Positions 27,465-41,725 of a stretch of DNA of 64,000 bases are shown one piece after another. Source of the DNA: Octopus vulgaris (taxonomy: Eukaryota). A program made the position numbers and the translations under genes. The notes under the pieces are model-generated. The model was not told the DNA's origin, searched no databases, and saw only the letters and a program-made list of their open reading frames with translations. Numbering within the stretch: the first letter of the stretch is position 1; each line of letters starts with the position of its first letter. The stretch is from positions 63,302,001 to 63,366,000 of the forward strand of contig OX597814.1 in assembly GCA_951406725.2 (NCBI GenBank). The letters are read 5' to 3'.

Positions 27465-28341
27465 TATGCTATGTTTACTGTGTTGATTACTGTTATATAG
27501 AAATTAATATGGGCGTGCTTCTGAGTGTACGCGTATATGTATGTATGTAAGTATATATGTACGTATGTGGGCATGTGTGTATAGTCTTTTGTGTATTTAT
27601 ATGTGGATGTGAGCACTTTTAAATATTTGTGCATGCTATGCTGATATCTCATTCTTATATGACACAATAATCGACTGCTTTTGGGGCAATGAAAGCCAAA
27701 CAAATACATTTGGCATTGTTGCTAATAATAATGAGAAATATAACTGGAAATATTTTGTTAGGTTTCAACATTTATGTCAAATAAAAAAAAATCTTAAATG
27801 TAGATAGACGTCGAACTGTTGTATATACCACTTTCCTTAACACTAAAATTCTATCACTAACGCTGGAAGTGTCCCTGGACTCTAAGGTATAAACGCCATA
27901 CATACGAATAAAGAAAATTATATCCGTCTACAATTTCCAACAGTTTCAAGAAGAATCATCTACCTACCCGCATACATATGTATAGGAAACTTCAGAGTTA
28001 AAGCATTGGCGTTACTATAATCTTCTGGCGATCTGATGACCTAGTCTTCTTTATCTTTATGATTTGTGAACATAAAACTATATTGCATTAAGCATATATT
28101 TCATAATGGTGCAGACATTTAAACATAATTCATTATACTCTGAAATTATTATTCCATGCTGAAGGTCTTGAAAGGGCCGTAATCCTAACAATGACAAGTG
28201 GTTATATATATGTGCGTTTGTGTGTGCGTGTGTGTGTATGTGTGTGCGTGTGTATGTGTGTGTGTATGTGTGTATGTGTGCGTAAATGTGTGTGTATATA
28301 TGGATGCGTTTACATGCGCACACACTCATACACACACATGC

Positions 28342-28396
<55 letters not shown>

Positions 28397-28544
28397 TGTA
28401 TGTATGTATGTATATATGTATAGTGAGAAAAGTCTACGTAGGAGTGGTTCTGTAAAATTGCAATTGCTTACCTTAGCAGAAGTAAAGTTACTTTTCAGAA
28501 ATTCTTGGTAGGGCTTTTCGTTACCCATTGATTTTCTTTGCTGC

Positions 28545-28591
<47 letters not shown>

Positions 28592-28599
28592 TAACAATG

Positions 28600-28689
<90 letters not shown>

Positions 28690-28978
28690 GTATATGTGTA
28701 TATATGTATGTATATGTGCGCGTGTATATGTGTGTGTGTGTTTCTCTGTGCGTTCATTATTTTTTAGTTCCTTATTATCCTTGAATGCTAAATAATCAGG
28801 TGATGTTGATTGTAATGGTGCATATCGTGCTGATGTTTGTAATATTTATAGGCATGTTTCTCTCTCTTATTACATTTGTTACTTATTTACCGTTTAAAGC
28901 TTGAAGTATATGAAATAAGAACTTGTCTACAATGCATTTCACTGTAATTCACTTTTGTATGAATTCTTTTCCTTACAG

Positions 28979-28984
28979 CTGAAG
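28979..28984 (+). CDS. Candidate 6-nt microexon of the receptor gene
   Basis: TTCTTTTCCTTACAG|CTGAAG|GTAAGT: strong acceptor and perfect donor; phase 1-1; inserts Ala-Glu. Confidence 0.6.
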
Positions 28985-29739
28985 GTAAGTAATCTATTAT
29001 TGTTCTTTGAATATCGTTAAATCTATGCTTGTTTTATGCAATGTTTATGTGGAATATTTTGTAATTTTATTTTCAGTTACATATATAGTAGCGATTAATA
29101 TCACATATTTCTGTTGGGATTTTAGTATCGTTTATCAAAGTAAAGCATATCTGTCCAAGCGATACAGAAATATCGGTATTTCGTTCATTAAACCTTGATC
29201 TCTTGTTCTTGAATCAGCGTAATCAATCCTTTTTTGAAAAGCTAAATATTTTCCAGGGAAATTGTCTTAAATTCTTTTACAGAAATATTCGAAAGTTATA
29301 CAGAATACATTTTTCAGAATTTCTATTTTATAGAAATACAGTACAAAATCACTCCATTTTATTACGGACATAAATTGAAGATTAGGTAGGAAAATAGGCG
29401 TTCGGCCAACATTTTTATAACAAATTGAAGATTCATATGATTATAGTGAAAGTATAGTTAATGGCTTTAAGAAACTAATTCAAGTATTAAGATATTATAC
29501 CAACTTATTATTTTACCCACCGTAGTATAGTAAATCAGTCTTGGAAACTAATGTGCTTTTGGGTTACTAACCAATTGGTTATATAAACATTTGTGTGTAT
29601 ATGTCTGAATTTGTTTGCATTGTTGACAAAATTTATGAGCGTGTATTAGTATACATCTTAAATAGATGAGCTCAGAAAACCACAGAAACACATCATACGC
29701 ATCAGTTACACACTTTTATATGATCATCAGTACTATCCA

Positions 29740-29990
29740 TTAGAAAATTGGAAGGCTGAATACGGGGCTATTCCTCCTGACAAAACCTCTAAACATGTAT
29801 ATGGTCGAACCTGTGGTAGTTGAGACCTCCAGCGTTCTTGGCCCACGGACCATATCTCTGCTCACTACTATCAGGGCAGAGATTTCTGTCCGGAAGTGCA
29901 AGGCCCGTGAGTTCGAGTGACTGTTCCAGCGCATCTCCCTCGCTATCCATCGGGGCAACGCCTTTTACATTTTGCTAGCTGGTACCCCGA
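29740..29990 (+). mobile_element. CRE-like REL retrotransposon C-terminal fragment
   Basis: PVVVETSSVLGPRT...LFQRISLAIHRGNA motif. Confidence 0.6.
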
Positions 29991-30355
29991 GAAATGTTGA
30001 ACTATGACTACAGAAAATGGCCTTTACTTCTGACAGAACTATTTTCTGGTTCTGTGATAATGTTCTTTATCATACACAGTGATACTCATAGATACAGTTT
30101 GTTGAAGATATATCTTGTCAAGTCTCTTATAAGTGTCAAATAAAATTGCATATCACATACCTGGTAAACTTAAATGTTAGGTATATGTAGAACCAGCAAC
30201 AAACAGAATGCATTCGTCTTTTATCACTATATAGCTATAAAGGAAAAAACCAACGATGAAATCAACCCTAGCCTTGGTAGTCGTGTCCTTATTTTCCTGT
30301 CTATAAACATTTTAAGATATGAGGGTATGAGGGAAAAACAGGGCGGAAACTTTGG

Positions 30356-30409
<54 letters not shown>

Positions 30410-31791
30410 GTCCTGACCAACCTTCCTTTGAATACATCCTTTATGCCATTAAGGGATACATATGTATATATTTATATATATGTATATATTTATATATATA
30501 TGTATATATATATATATATATATATAATTCTACCAATCTTGTGCCTCATTCTTCCTGATTATTATGTTTAGTTTAATCATATATTTTCATGCATATTGTT
30601 TCATTTATCTTGCTTCTGATTATGACTGGGGCTATCCGTAGAGTAAACAAGTGAATAGTGAATATTTTAAAATTTGGTCGTTCATGGTAGACTCAACTGA
30701 CGGCGACCAATCAGATTCGCGCTCATGCAAGTAACCTGAAAGGTTTGAAACAGCAGTATTGAGTTATCCTTTATTCCTCTAACGATCTCCGTAGACGTAA
30801 GACAGAATTTTCCTATATTTACCGCTTGCACATATCTCTGCCTGTAAATATTCAGCTCTACATAGTGCCGTAAACTTACCGGTTACTATTTCTAGCAATA
30901 ATCGTACTTCGTGTACACCTGCTTTATATATTTATGATTCTACTTATATGGCGTTTTATTCTTGCTGGATATTAATATCATCTTAATCAATATCTATATA
31001 TCTGAAATGCGAAAAGTATGTTTGTTTGTCTGGTTTTGGCATTGGAACGGGTTAAATGGCACTAGATCCCGTCGGGTTTGCTCCAAAATTTACAGGGACA
31101 TGTAAAAAGAGGCGCGGATGTGAGTGCGCTATGTTAGAAATCCCTATCTCAAAAGCTGTCGTTACTAGGGCAAAAAACCCACACTTTGACAAGTGTTTGT
31201 CGTTTCTCCCTTTCTCTTATCTGCCTGTCTTCCTCCGTCTCTCTCTCTTTCCTCCCTTCCCATCACTTTCTCTCTATAGCGACGTTTGATAGCTTCGCCG
31301 TCTCTCTGTCACTCTTTCTTCCACCACCATTCTCACTCTACTTCTGTCTCTATCTATCGACAGAAAGCGTGACAGTAGCAACAGTTTAAATATTCCCGTC
31401 TTTTAGAACAGCGAATTTATTATCGCCCACCTCCATCGCACAATAATAACAGATATTCTCATTCAGATATATTGTGTTAAATTATATACATATGTGTGTA
31501 TATAATAAATATATATATAATGTGTGTGTATAGATATACATGTTTATATATATATATATTAACAATTGAGGATAAAATCTTTAAAAGAAATTATCAGTAG
31601 TCAGCGTGAAAAACCTCGTAAGAGAAAAAATCCGTAAATTCTTCCTCTTTGAAAATATTCATTTATATCATATTGAGTGTACTACTATTCGTAGATACCA
31701 ACACGCTAAGAGGGACCAATGCGGTCAAAACTACTAAAAATAAACAAAATTTTACCGAATGCAAAACTTCAAAACACATCATTTTAAAAAA

Positions 31792-31868
31792 GAATTCAGT
31801 TACATATCACATGTGATTTCGCATTTAATGCAGAATATGCATTTCATGTTCATCAGTGCAACAAACTC
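31792..31868 (-). ncRNA. Type I hammerhead ribozyme (family 2, minus copy)
   Basis: Reverse complement of 32288-32364. Confidence 0.7.
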
Positions 31869-32287
31869 AAGAAATATAAGAGAAAACATAACATTACAAG
31901 CTCGATAGCCAACCGTAGAATTCGTCGTAGCATGTACGAATGTTTATCTTTACATATCTATGAAAATGGCGGGCTTATTCGCAATGCATTTCGGTAACAA
32001 ATTGTCTAGTCGGAATAAAAATTCAGTATTGAACTATTCCGGTGAAAAATATAAATTAACAATTGAGGATAAAATCTTTAAAAGAAATTATCAGTAGTCA
32101 GCGTGAAAAACCTCGTAAGAGAAAAAATCCGTAAATTTTTATTCCGATTAGACAATTTGCACCGAAATGCATTGCGAATAAGCCCGCCATTTTCATAGAT
32201 ATGTAAAGATAAACATTCGTACATGCTACGACGAATTCTACGGTTGGCTATCGAGCTTGTAATGTTATGTTTTCTCTTATATTTCTT

Positions 32288-32364
32288 GAGTTTGTTGCAC
32301 TGATGAACATGAAATGCATATTCTGCATTAAATGCGAAATCACATGTGATATGTAACTGAATTC
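32288..32364 (+). ncRNA. Type I hammerhead ribozyme (family 2, plus copy)
   Basis: GUUGCA / CUGAUGA / stem II CAU..AAUGCA-UAUUC-UGCAUU..AUG / GAAA / UCAC-AU-GUGA / UA / UGUAAC; A.C mismatch at base of stem II; AUA triplet. Confidence 0.75.
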
Positions 32365-32494
32365 TTTTTTAAAATGATGTGTTTTGAAGTTTTGCATTCG
32401 GTAAAATTGTGTTTATTTTTAGTAGTTTTGACCGCATTGGTCCCTCTTAGCGTGTTGGTATCTACGAATAGTAGTACCCTCAATATAATATAAA

Positions 32495-32557
<63 letters not shown>

Positions 32558-32899
32558 AAGTATATATATTTGTATATGTTTGTGTAGATATATATATATA
32601 TATATGTGTAGACATGTATATATAATGCGTATATATGTACATATTCAATGCGTATGTATAATGTGTGCATATGTGATCGGTTTCAGCTGAAACTATGCAC
32701 ACTTATATTAAAAGTGCTAGCGAGATTGCATGGCAACTTTGAGTTTGCTCAATTGAAAGGCATCGCCACTAAGCCCAAATTCCTCATCTTTTAAAATGTG
32801 GCCCACGTAGACCCGAATGAAATCAGGTTATGATGCCGAAACAAGTAAAACAATAATAAACTAATTTAGTCCCGGGCAAGGCCCGGTATATCAGTCTAA

Positions 32900-33377
32900 T
32901 CTATAAAATGAAGAAGGCGAACGTTGATACAAATTGGATTTTTACGTAAAAAAGGATCTAAATGGGGCTGGAAGGGGCTTAAGATTTACAGGAAGAGGTA
33001 ACTTCAGGTGGGAAATTGATTGAGATATGTTTTGGGGCGCTACAGTAGTTGCTTTGGTGTGAAAACTGGGATTTTATTGATTTTGGGGGACACTTGGAGG
33101 TCTACATCGGACACCTTTTGCCCGATTTCAATCAAATTTTCAACATAGTAAAGTGGAAGCGGATTTTTAATTTAAACGCGGAAATGTAATTTTTTATAGA
33201 TGGCAGAGAGATAGATAAAGAGAAAGAGTAAATGAAAGCGAGGGAGAGTCCGAGAGAAAGGAAGAGAATGGGAACATGAGAAACGAGAGAAAAACAAAGA
33301 GGGAGAATGTGGCGATAAGAAACAGAAAGTATCAACGACAACTTCACCCGCGCGTAGAGCGAGTCACCTTAAGCTAA
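32900..33377 (+). mobile_element. Non-autonomous Helitron-like element
   Basis: TCTATAAAA start directly after the previous element; GC-rich subterminal hairpin-like segment then GCTAA. Confidence 0.4.
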
Positions 33378-33402
33378 TAATATCTATAACTTCATGTAGT
33401 GA

Positions 33403-33690
33403 AGGCGCATGGCTCAGTGGTTAGAGCGTCGAGCTTACGATCATGAGGCTGTGAGTTCAAATCACGTTGCTCCAGTTCACTGAGCTGTAGAAATGAGTTG
33501 CGACGTCACAGGTGCCTAGCTGTATCTGTTGTTGCCTTTCCCTAGAATAAAACTAGCGGCGTGGAGAGAGGAGGCCGGTATGCATGGGTCACTTCTGGTC
33601 TTCCATAAACAACCTTGCCCGGAATTCTATGCCTGGGAGGGTAACTTTCTAGGTGCAACCCCACGGCCAGTCTTGACCGAAGGGGGTCTC
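33403..33690 (+). mobile_element. tRNA-derived SINE
   Basis: TGGCTCAGTGGTTAGAGCG A box, GAGTTCAAATC B box; CACGTTGCTCCAGT shared with 2813-3132. Confidence 0.8.
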
Positions 33691-35006
33691 AATATTTTCA
33701 TGTACATCACACACACTCATACACATACTCACACATATGTGTGTGTGTATATATGCGTATGTCTGTGTCTGTGTTTGAGTGTATTTGCGTAAAGAAGCGC
33801 CCACCACAAAGAAAAGGAAAATCACAGGTTTTTTAACTTCAATAAAATCATCTCATTCAAATTGAAATGTACTTATTTCGATAAAGATTCCCTTCTGAAT
33901 TTTATTTACCACATTAAAATTATTGCCACGAGTACCTCAGAAATTTTAAAACAAGCTACAAACATAATCAGGCTGAATACAATTACGTAACTGTAGAAAA
34001 TAGAACAAACTACAATTTAAATTGGCACAGTGTTACACTTATGAAGATTTTGAACTCTAATATTCTATTTAGCTGTATCTTTATATTTACTTTTACGTAT
34101 TCACATGTCTTACAATCATAACATGTCGATGAATAGCAAAGGCAATTTCATTCTGCTTTTAATGCTTACATTCCTATTGTCGCCGAGAAATTGGGATGAC
34201 ATTGTAAACATTTCATTTAAGTACACTCAGATCCAATTTAAATACAATTCCTTGTAAGGTGAATGATGGCAGCTTGTAAATGATATTACAGTTGTATTAA
34301 AGCTCACTTCCTTCGTATAAACTGAAACTTACATACTATACCATATTATGCAAAACCACAAACGGAAGCACATGCAGCTGTTCTTTTGTAGAGCTGTTGC
34401 TTTGTATCGTTATTATAGATCACACGATTGTTCATGGTGTTGTCAACATATTCATTCTAGTCGTCGTTGCTGTCATAGTCGTTGGCGTTTTATTGATCAA
34501 ACAAGGTATTTTGCCTAGACTGCAATGATCTTATTCTTCGCAAGTACCGGAGGTGGAGGATGAATAAAATCTTCCTTTCGTTTAGTATGCCTATTAGAAA
34601 TGAATTCGCAACAATATGTACTCCTAGTCAAGTGAAAGGAATACAAAGACAAACCTATTCGACATCAGAAAAAAAAGAAACATACGTTACAATAGTAGAA
34701 TCATCGAACAATAAATCTATTTAACAAAAAAATGTGTAAGTGTTAATTGATAGGAACTTTCTTCTTCGCTTTATATTCTCAATTATCGTACTTTTCGATT
34801 ATTATTCCCCGAAGATCAAGCCCCCTGCTAGCATCACTTAAAGCGTTCTTGCATTTTGAAGATAGTAAAATCTATTTTAGTTAAATTTGAACTCAGAACT
34901 TTAAGACGGAGAAAATACAATTTTCACGACATCTTTCCTGGCGTGCTAACAACTCTGCGAGCTCGTCGCATTCTTGCGACTAAATATTACAAAGAAAATA
35001 CGTCAT

Positions 35007-35152
<146 letters not shown>

Positions 35153-35343
35153 AAACCTGTTGAGAGATGTCCATGGAAAGCCGAATCAGTTTTTAAAAAA
35201 ATGAAAATGATTCAGAAATAAAATTTCCGAAATCTAGAAATTCTGATCGATCATATGCTGTTTTTGTTACAAGAAATTACAGTAAAACTAGCCAATTATT
35301 TTTTAAAAAATGGGGAAAATCAGATATAAAATCAGCCAAAATA

Positions 35344-35524
35344 TCTCTCTCTATATAAACGGCAGTTTGTCTGTGCGTGTTTCTGTGTGTCTGTTTGCTT
35401 GTACCCTCACCCTGACCACGGCTTTCAACCGATTCTGATGAAACTTGACACACCTATAACTCTCTAAAAATGCTTTATAGTTATTTCCCTTACAAACCTG
35501 AGCAACGCCGGGCGATACTGCTAG
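35344..35524 (+). mobile_element. Short non-autonomous Helitron-like element
   Basis: TC..CTATATAAAC start, GTCTGT repeats, 3' GCAACGCCGGGC...CTAG|T. Confidence 0.6.
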
Positions 35525-36816
35525 TAGGAAATAAACACAGAAACATTCCTTATTATAATAGATACCTTGAGAATGGCTAAAATGATGCAGATAAATATAA
35601 GCTAAATACAGAAATATCTTTCAACAAGAGGGATTGAAAGAGAGCAATAGTCGAATAAATGGAATATAGGGATTCCCGGCATTACGGAAGCAGTACGTTC
35701 CGATAGATTTTTTCCATAAATATATGCATTATATAGAAATATACTACACATTGTAAACTTTAAGTGCAATAAAAAATGCAAAACACTACACATACCAATG
35801 TTGCACCTGTGTGCCCTTGGTAGAGCCTAGAAATCACGTAATAAAAAGGGGAGTACTGTAACCATTAATAAGCATGATAAAGATAAATGTTTCGGGAAAT
35901 TTCAAAGTAAACGTGCATTTGGCAAAGCTTACTAAATAATAAGAGAATAATTTCGAATTCAAAAATGTCTTAAAAACTGATCTAAACAGCAAAAATATCA
36001 TATAACTTCTTTGCGCTGCCATCCATAACATATGGTTTTGTAGTCCAACATACATAAATTATTGGATTTTTATACTAGAAATCTTCCAACAAAGTATCAC
36101 ATGTTACATAAGAACTCTAGTGTTTAACAATTGTACATCACAAGAAGAGAATGTAGAAAGTGACTATTAATTGTTAGGAATTATTTTAAGAAAGCAGTTA
36201 TTGATAATTTCAACAACCTTTCATATTCAAAAGCCTTTCGTCTGATCATACATGATCAGACGAAAAGTGAAAATTAGATTTTCGCCATAGCAGCGGTATT
36301 CCTGTATGGAATTGAATTCCATTTCGAAAAACAAAGCTTATCTCATGATAACAAGAAAAATAGCATAGACTAAAGAAAAATGCTGAACAACAATGAAGAC
36401 CTACTCCTACGTGCCAATATTTCTGCGAATTGATTGCTCCAAGATTAACTCTGTTATTGATGAATAAATATCCCCCCCACCTCGAATGGGACAGCAAAAC
36501 AGAGAAAAACAATTCTAGATATTGCGAGTGGATGTTTTGTTAAATATCGTTTGTATTGTGTTTTCTGAGACTATAAATCTCATTTTAATGGGTTACGCGT
36601 TGCTACACTGTTATAATACTTTAGGGACAAAACAAAGCTTCGTCAACAGAAGGGTACGAACGTCAAAACGCAGAAACATAGCATGATTCAATTCAATTCC
36701 CTTTACGTCATTATGCGTACATTTTCGTCTCCACATATCTGTACAAATATGTGATAAATTATTCTGGCTATCGACCGTTTCCTTCAAAACAATTCTTTCA
36801 AAGTACTTTTTGAGCA

Positions 36817-36988
<172 letters not shown>

Positions 36989-37249
36989 ACGATCGATCGA
37001 TCGATCCAATGATCTCCTATTCATATACTTATGCTTAATTTAAGCGACCTTTCTTTAGGCATATTGATTTTCTCATGAAAAAGATTATTTTTTCCCGCCC
37101 ACACCCCTCAAAAATCTTCTTATTAGAATACGCAGGTCGACCGACAAATGTATTCATTGTTTTGATTTTTATAGTACCAGATACATGTTTGCAATTTCAA
37201 ATACAGGAAATACATTGTTCGAGTTACCTTGATGTATGTAAATATTTGT

Positions 37250-38052
37250 CACTTTGTGAGGAAATATCTATACGCCAAACAGCACATACATTGGACATTT
37301 GCAAAAGCTCCATAAATGTATACCACACGATTTGAATAAAAATCAGAAAATACGTAGATATGAAATTTGCGCGTCGCTTCTTCTTCGTAACCAGACCGAT
37401 CCATTTCTCGTATTGTAATTTGCGGTAAAAAGAGGATTCTGTACATTAATAAAAACGTTCTTCGCAGTTGTTGGGCCAAATTGAAGTACTGGAACCCTTC
37501 CCTAAACCCGAGGTCTGTGATTGTTTGGTGGTGTACTGCTGGACTCATCTACTATAACTTCTTAAAAGCAAGCAAAAGCATTAATGCAGAAACACACTGC
37601 TATGAAATTGTCAAAATGAACGAAAAACAGCTACTTTTCCTTCTTAAACTGGTCTACAGGAGAGGGCCAATCATTCTTCATCGCAATGCTCGACCACTCG
37701 TTTCACTAATGACGCTCCAGATGTTGAGGGAACTTGGCTACGAAGTTCTTGCCCAGCCAGCTTATTCACCATATCCTTCTACTGACTACAACTTTTTTAA
37801 AGCACATTTATGGTGTTCTGCGAGAGAAGGCGTTCAAAAGTCAAACCCATGCTGAAAGTGCGTTCAAAAAGTTCATCATCTCCAGAACTTCAGATTTTTA
37901 TGTTACCGGAATAAACAAACTTTTAACTCGTTGGCTAAAATGTGTTGATTGCAATGGTACTGACTTTAATGAATAAAATTTCCGCATTGTTGAAATATAT
38001 TGTAATGAATTTCATGTTTCAAAACGTTGCTTACATTTTACTCAGCCTGATA
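37250..38052 (+). mobile_element. Decayed mariner (DD34D) transposon
   Basis: VIVWW..GLIYYNFL..IILHRNARP..LGYEVLAQPAYSP..TDY..F; GINKLLTRWLKCVDCNG; 3' TIR-like TTTTACTCAGCCTGATA. Confidence 0.85.
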
Positions 38053-39804
38053 CTTTGCCATATATTTAAGTTGAGATGGTGAAAGTTTTGTATTTTAACT
38101 CATTGTTTGCTCTTCTACTAACACTATCGGTTCTGCATGAATTAAATTCAACGACGTTATTCCTTATGATTTCCTCAAACCTTACAGCCTTTGTAAATGT
38201 CACAATATACTTTCGAATCTAATGTAGATTTCCTACTTGTGGGAAACATGTAAAATGGAATAAGATACTGCCATGTATTTTTCCAAGTACATGGCGATCA
38301 GCTTGATTCCATGTTTTAGCTCTGTTGTCCACAGTATCCTTTAATTTAATCTTTCTTCAGGAGTCTCTACCTATAGGTTTATCTTCCCAGTCAGTATGAA
38401 AGTTCTCAGTCAAATGTTTTGAAGTTAGCTATCGCATTTTTGATCCGGGATATAAATTTAAGATAGTGCATTTCAGTTCACAAAGAGGTTAAGTGTACTG
38501 TATAAAACGAGAAGAGATTTGGAATTTATTGTCTTGTGCTGTATTTAGCTCTGGGATATTCGGAGTAATATACAAAATACATTTTATCAACCACAAAATG
38601 ATAAAATGATTATTAATCAGTTCATTTAATTCGGCCACAACTGAATTGTGCTCTTCATATATAATTGTTGTTTGTACCGAAAGTCACAATGTTTGGATAC
38701 AAAATTGATGGAAGTTATAATTTTATGAGCGGAGTAAAGAAAATGCGCATTAGATATATAACTAATTTTCAAAATGCAGGTGTATAACCAGCTGTTCGTG
38801 ACCCTATATTAAATAGCTGACAAGTTATTATTGTGATAGACCTCTTGCTGGAGCCTACGATAAGCATTTAGTAGTTTCTTAACCTAAGTCAATGTTACAA
38901 AATATATGATGATAATGTACCCTTAAATTATAGATACAATTCATCTGGTAGACTGCAACACAATTTCCTTCCACTAACGAGACTCGATGATAAGAGGGAA
39001 AAACACTTAGGAAAGAGAGAAGAGTGCGGGATCGAACTCAAAACCTCAATATTGTAAAACGAACATTTTAACCACTAGGTTATACTTGCATACAATTATT
39101 TTGTATTAATGATTAAGATGGAATTACCTTGTTGTTTAATTTGGCTTTGTGTCATCATATGTAGCTACAAACATTTCAGGGAGAAGGTTTTACCTTGATG
39201 AATTTCGTGATAAATTAAATATCCTCTTGTTTGCTTCCTTTACATTTCGACTCACAAAATCTAAAACGTGCTTCTTCGAACACCAGTTGTCTTTAGTTTC
39301 TGTTCTCGTTATTTATGTTTCGCGAACATATTTCATTTAAAACCATATTTGCCTTATATAATAAATCCATCATTAGTGGCCATATATTTGTTTACGCAGG
39401 AAAAAGTTCAGTGGATGTATTAACGATATTTAACTGCATCCAGATTGTTCTAGACACTCTCTTCACAAACTAGGAAGAGAAATGTTTATAATAATGATAG
39501 TTAGTACAGTCATTTGCTGCAAATTAATTTGAACTGTATTACCGTAAATAAAATATACGTGTTACTTCGTGAATGGTAGATAGACCAAAACATTTAAATA
39601 GCGAAAATACGATGGAATATATACCAACATGCTTAATTGTATTGTGTCTGGGTATAATACACACACACACACATACACACATACATACACACACACACAA
39701 ACACATATTATACACGGGATGAAGTGGGTAAATTGTCGCTGTTCTATATTTTTAATTTCGCGCATGTGCGTAATATGTTTTTGATTTTGTCAACTACACA
39801 GTAT

Positions 39805-40880
39805 AATAGGGTCAGTTGGGCACCGTTTGTGAAAACAACAGCGCCACGACGCAATTCCCTTTGCTAGAAATTCGGCAATGACATGCTCTACTGCTTGGCA
39901 TTCGCACCGGAAGCTCTAATACAAACATTTCTAAGTGTTTAGATGTCAATTTGGGGACAGTGCAGATGATTCAGAAAGAGTTGAATGAGTCTAATGGTGA
40001 TTACGAAGGTACGGCAGCTCAGAAAACTCACTCTGATCCTTCTGTTAAAAAACTCTTGAATCTGTTAGTGAGATCCAGGCCATGACTGACAACGATCTCT
40101 CTAAGTTAATCAGGTCCATCGCCAGGGACATGGGAAAGTCTGACTTTCTTATCACGCAGGTAGTGCATGAAGACATTCGGTCTTCCTCATACAAGATATG
40201 AAAGGACAAGAGGGAAGACCGCACTAAGAAGCTTTTGAACAAACTCAAGCATCCCTTCCAACCAAACACGCTATGTTTTTTCTCAGACGAGAAAAATTTC
40301 TGCCAGGATCAGATGGTGAACAGACAGAACAACCGTTGGCTTGCCGTGTCCACAAAACATGTACATTCAGTCAACATCATGGTGCTTGGAGTGATCACTA
40401 GAGATGGTGACGTCATGCCTCCATTTATCTACTCACACGGTCTCAGACTCAACATGGAGGCCTGCATCAAGTACCTGGAGGAGAGAGTGCTGCCCTAGGT
40501 CAAGAGGGTGGCTGCTGGAAACCCCTATGTATGGCAACAGGACTCTATACCCTTAGACATAAGCCGGAGAACCCAGTCATAGCAGTCAGATAACTTCTGC
40601 GACCACATCACTCCTAACATCTGGGCACCTAACTCTCCTTCGATCCTTATGTATGGGTCGCAGATGAACGAGAGACCAACAAAACTCCTTGTAACACCAA
40701 AGATAAAGGGGAGGTATTCCTTAACTTAAACAAGGAGACTGCCCAGGAGAGTTGCAGGAGGTTCCGAAGTCATCTGGAGGTCGTGGTTGAAGCCAATGAT
40801 GATTTTATTGAGTAAATTTACTCATTAGAGTTTCAAGATATTATTTTTGTAATTTTGGTAAATATATCTGTTAACATGAG
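39805..40880 (+). mobile_element. Decayed maT/DD37D-like transposon
   Basis: FFSDEKNFCQDQ..NNRWLA, MVLGVITRDGDVMPP, YVWQQDS, WAPNSP; boundaries approximate. Confidence 0.8.
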
Positions 40881-40896
40881 AAGTCAGTATTATTAG

Positions 40897-41262
40897 AAGT
40901 CCAGGCAACTCTCCACCTCCCCACTCAAGACAATAGAGTTGGGCCTCCTTCCAAGGAACATGGAAAGAAGAACATCAAAGCCTGGCTCGTTGCAGCCATC
41001 GTATTAGGCTTGGAGGATAAAATAACAATCCGCCAAGCCTCCAGAACGCAACTACAGAACTGACAGAGCAAGACCTGTAAATGTTAATCCAGGCAGCCCC
41101 CAATGTCCTATAAATATAGCAAACACCTTATTGGTGGGGTGTGACGCGCAATTAAAGGTTACAGTGGAGAGCAGGAAGCCTAATTGTTATAAATGTGGCC
41201 AGAAAGGCCACATTACAACCGAATGCCCTCCACCTCCCTCCCAAACATCAGATGTAATCAAC
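40897..41262 (+). mobile_element. gag/ORF1-like fragment with CCHC knuckle
   Basis: AWLVAAI...LKVTVESRKPNCYKCGQKGHITTEC; resembles the 17250-17510 segment. Confidence 0.6.
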
Positions 41263-41295
41263 ACAAAGGTAAGCCGATACACACACACACGCACG

Positions 41296-41332
<37 letters not shown>

Positions 41333-41357
41333 GCACACGCACACACACATATATAAA

Positions 41358-41513
41358 TGCAGGTGTAGCTGTGTGTAAGAAACGTGCCTCCCAGTCACAT
41401 GGTTCTGGGTTCAGCTCGCTGCGTGGCACCTTGGGCAAGTGTTTTTTACTTTAGCCTCGGGCCGACCGAAGATTCGTGAGTGGATTCGGTAGAAGGAAAC
41501 TGAAAGAAGCCCG

Positions 41514-41552
<39 letters not shown>

Positions 41553-41725
41553 TATTTGTGTGTGTCATTATGTCTGTGTTTGTCCAATCACCATCGATTA
41601 ACGACCGATGTAGGTGTGTTTATGTTCCCGTAAAGAACCAATCTTACAAGGAAAAAGTCGATTTGTTCGACTAAAAGGCGATGCTACTTGACTGAAATAA
41701 GTAAACGAATAAGAGAATAAAAGAA
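41358..41725 (+). mobile_element. Octopus-type tRNA SINE
   Basis: Homologous to 53100-53508. Confidence 0.8.

Larger units (their letters stand above)
31559..32495 (-). mobile_element. Second HHR-bearing Penelope/retrozyme-like element: ~1.2 tandem units (497-bp period) plus inverted copy
   Basis: Direct repeat 31561/32058; inverted arms ~31661-32023 vs ~32132-32495; (TA)n flanks. Confidence 0.8.
30993..32899 (+). mobile_element. Non-autonomous Helitron-like element (hosts the HHR element)
   Basis: 5' TCTATATA..(GTTT)n start; 3' CCGGGC-AAG-GCCCGG hairpin followed by CTAA. Confidence 0.5.
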
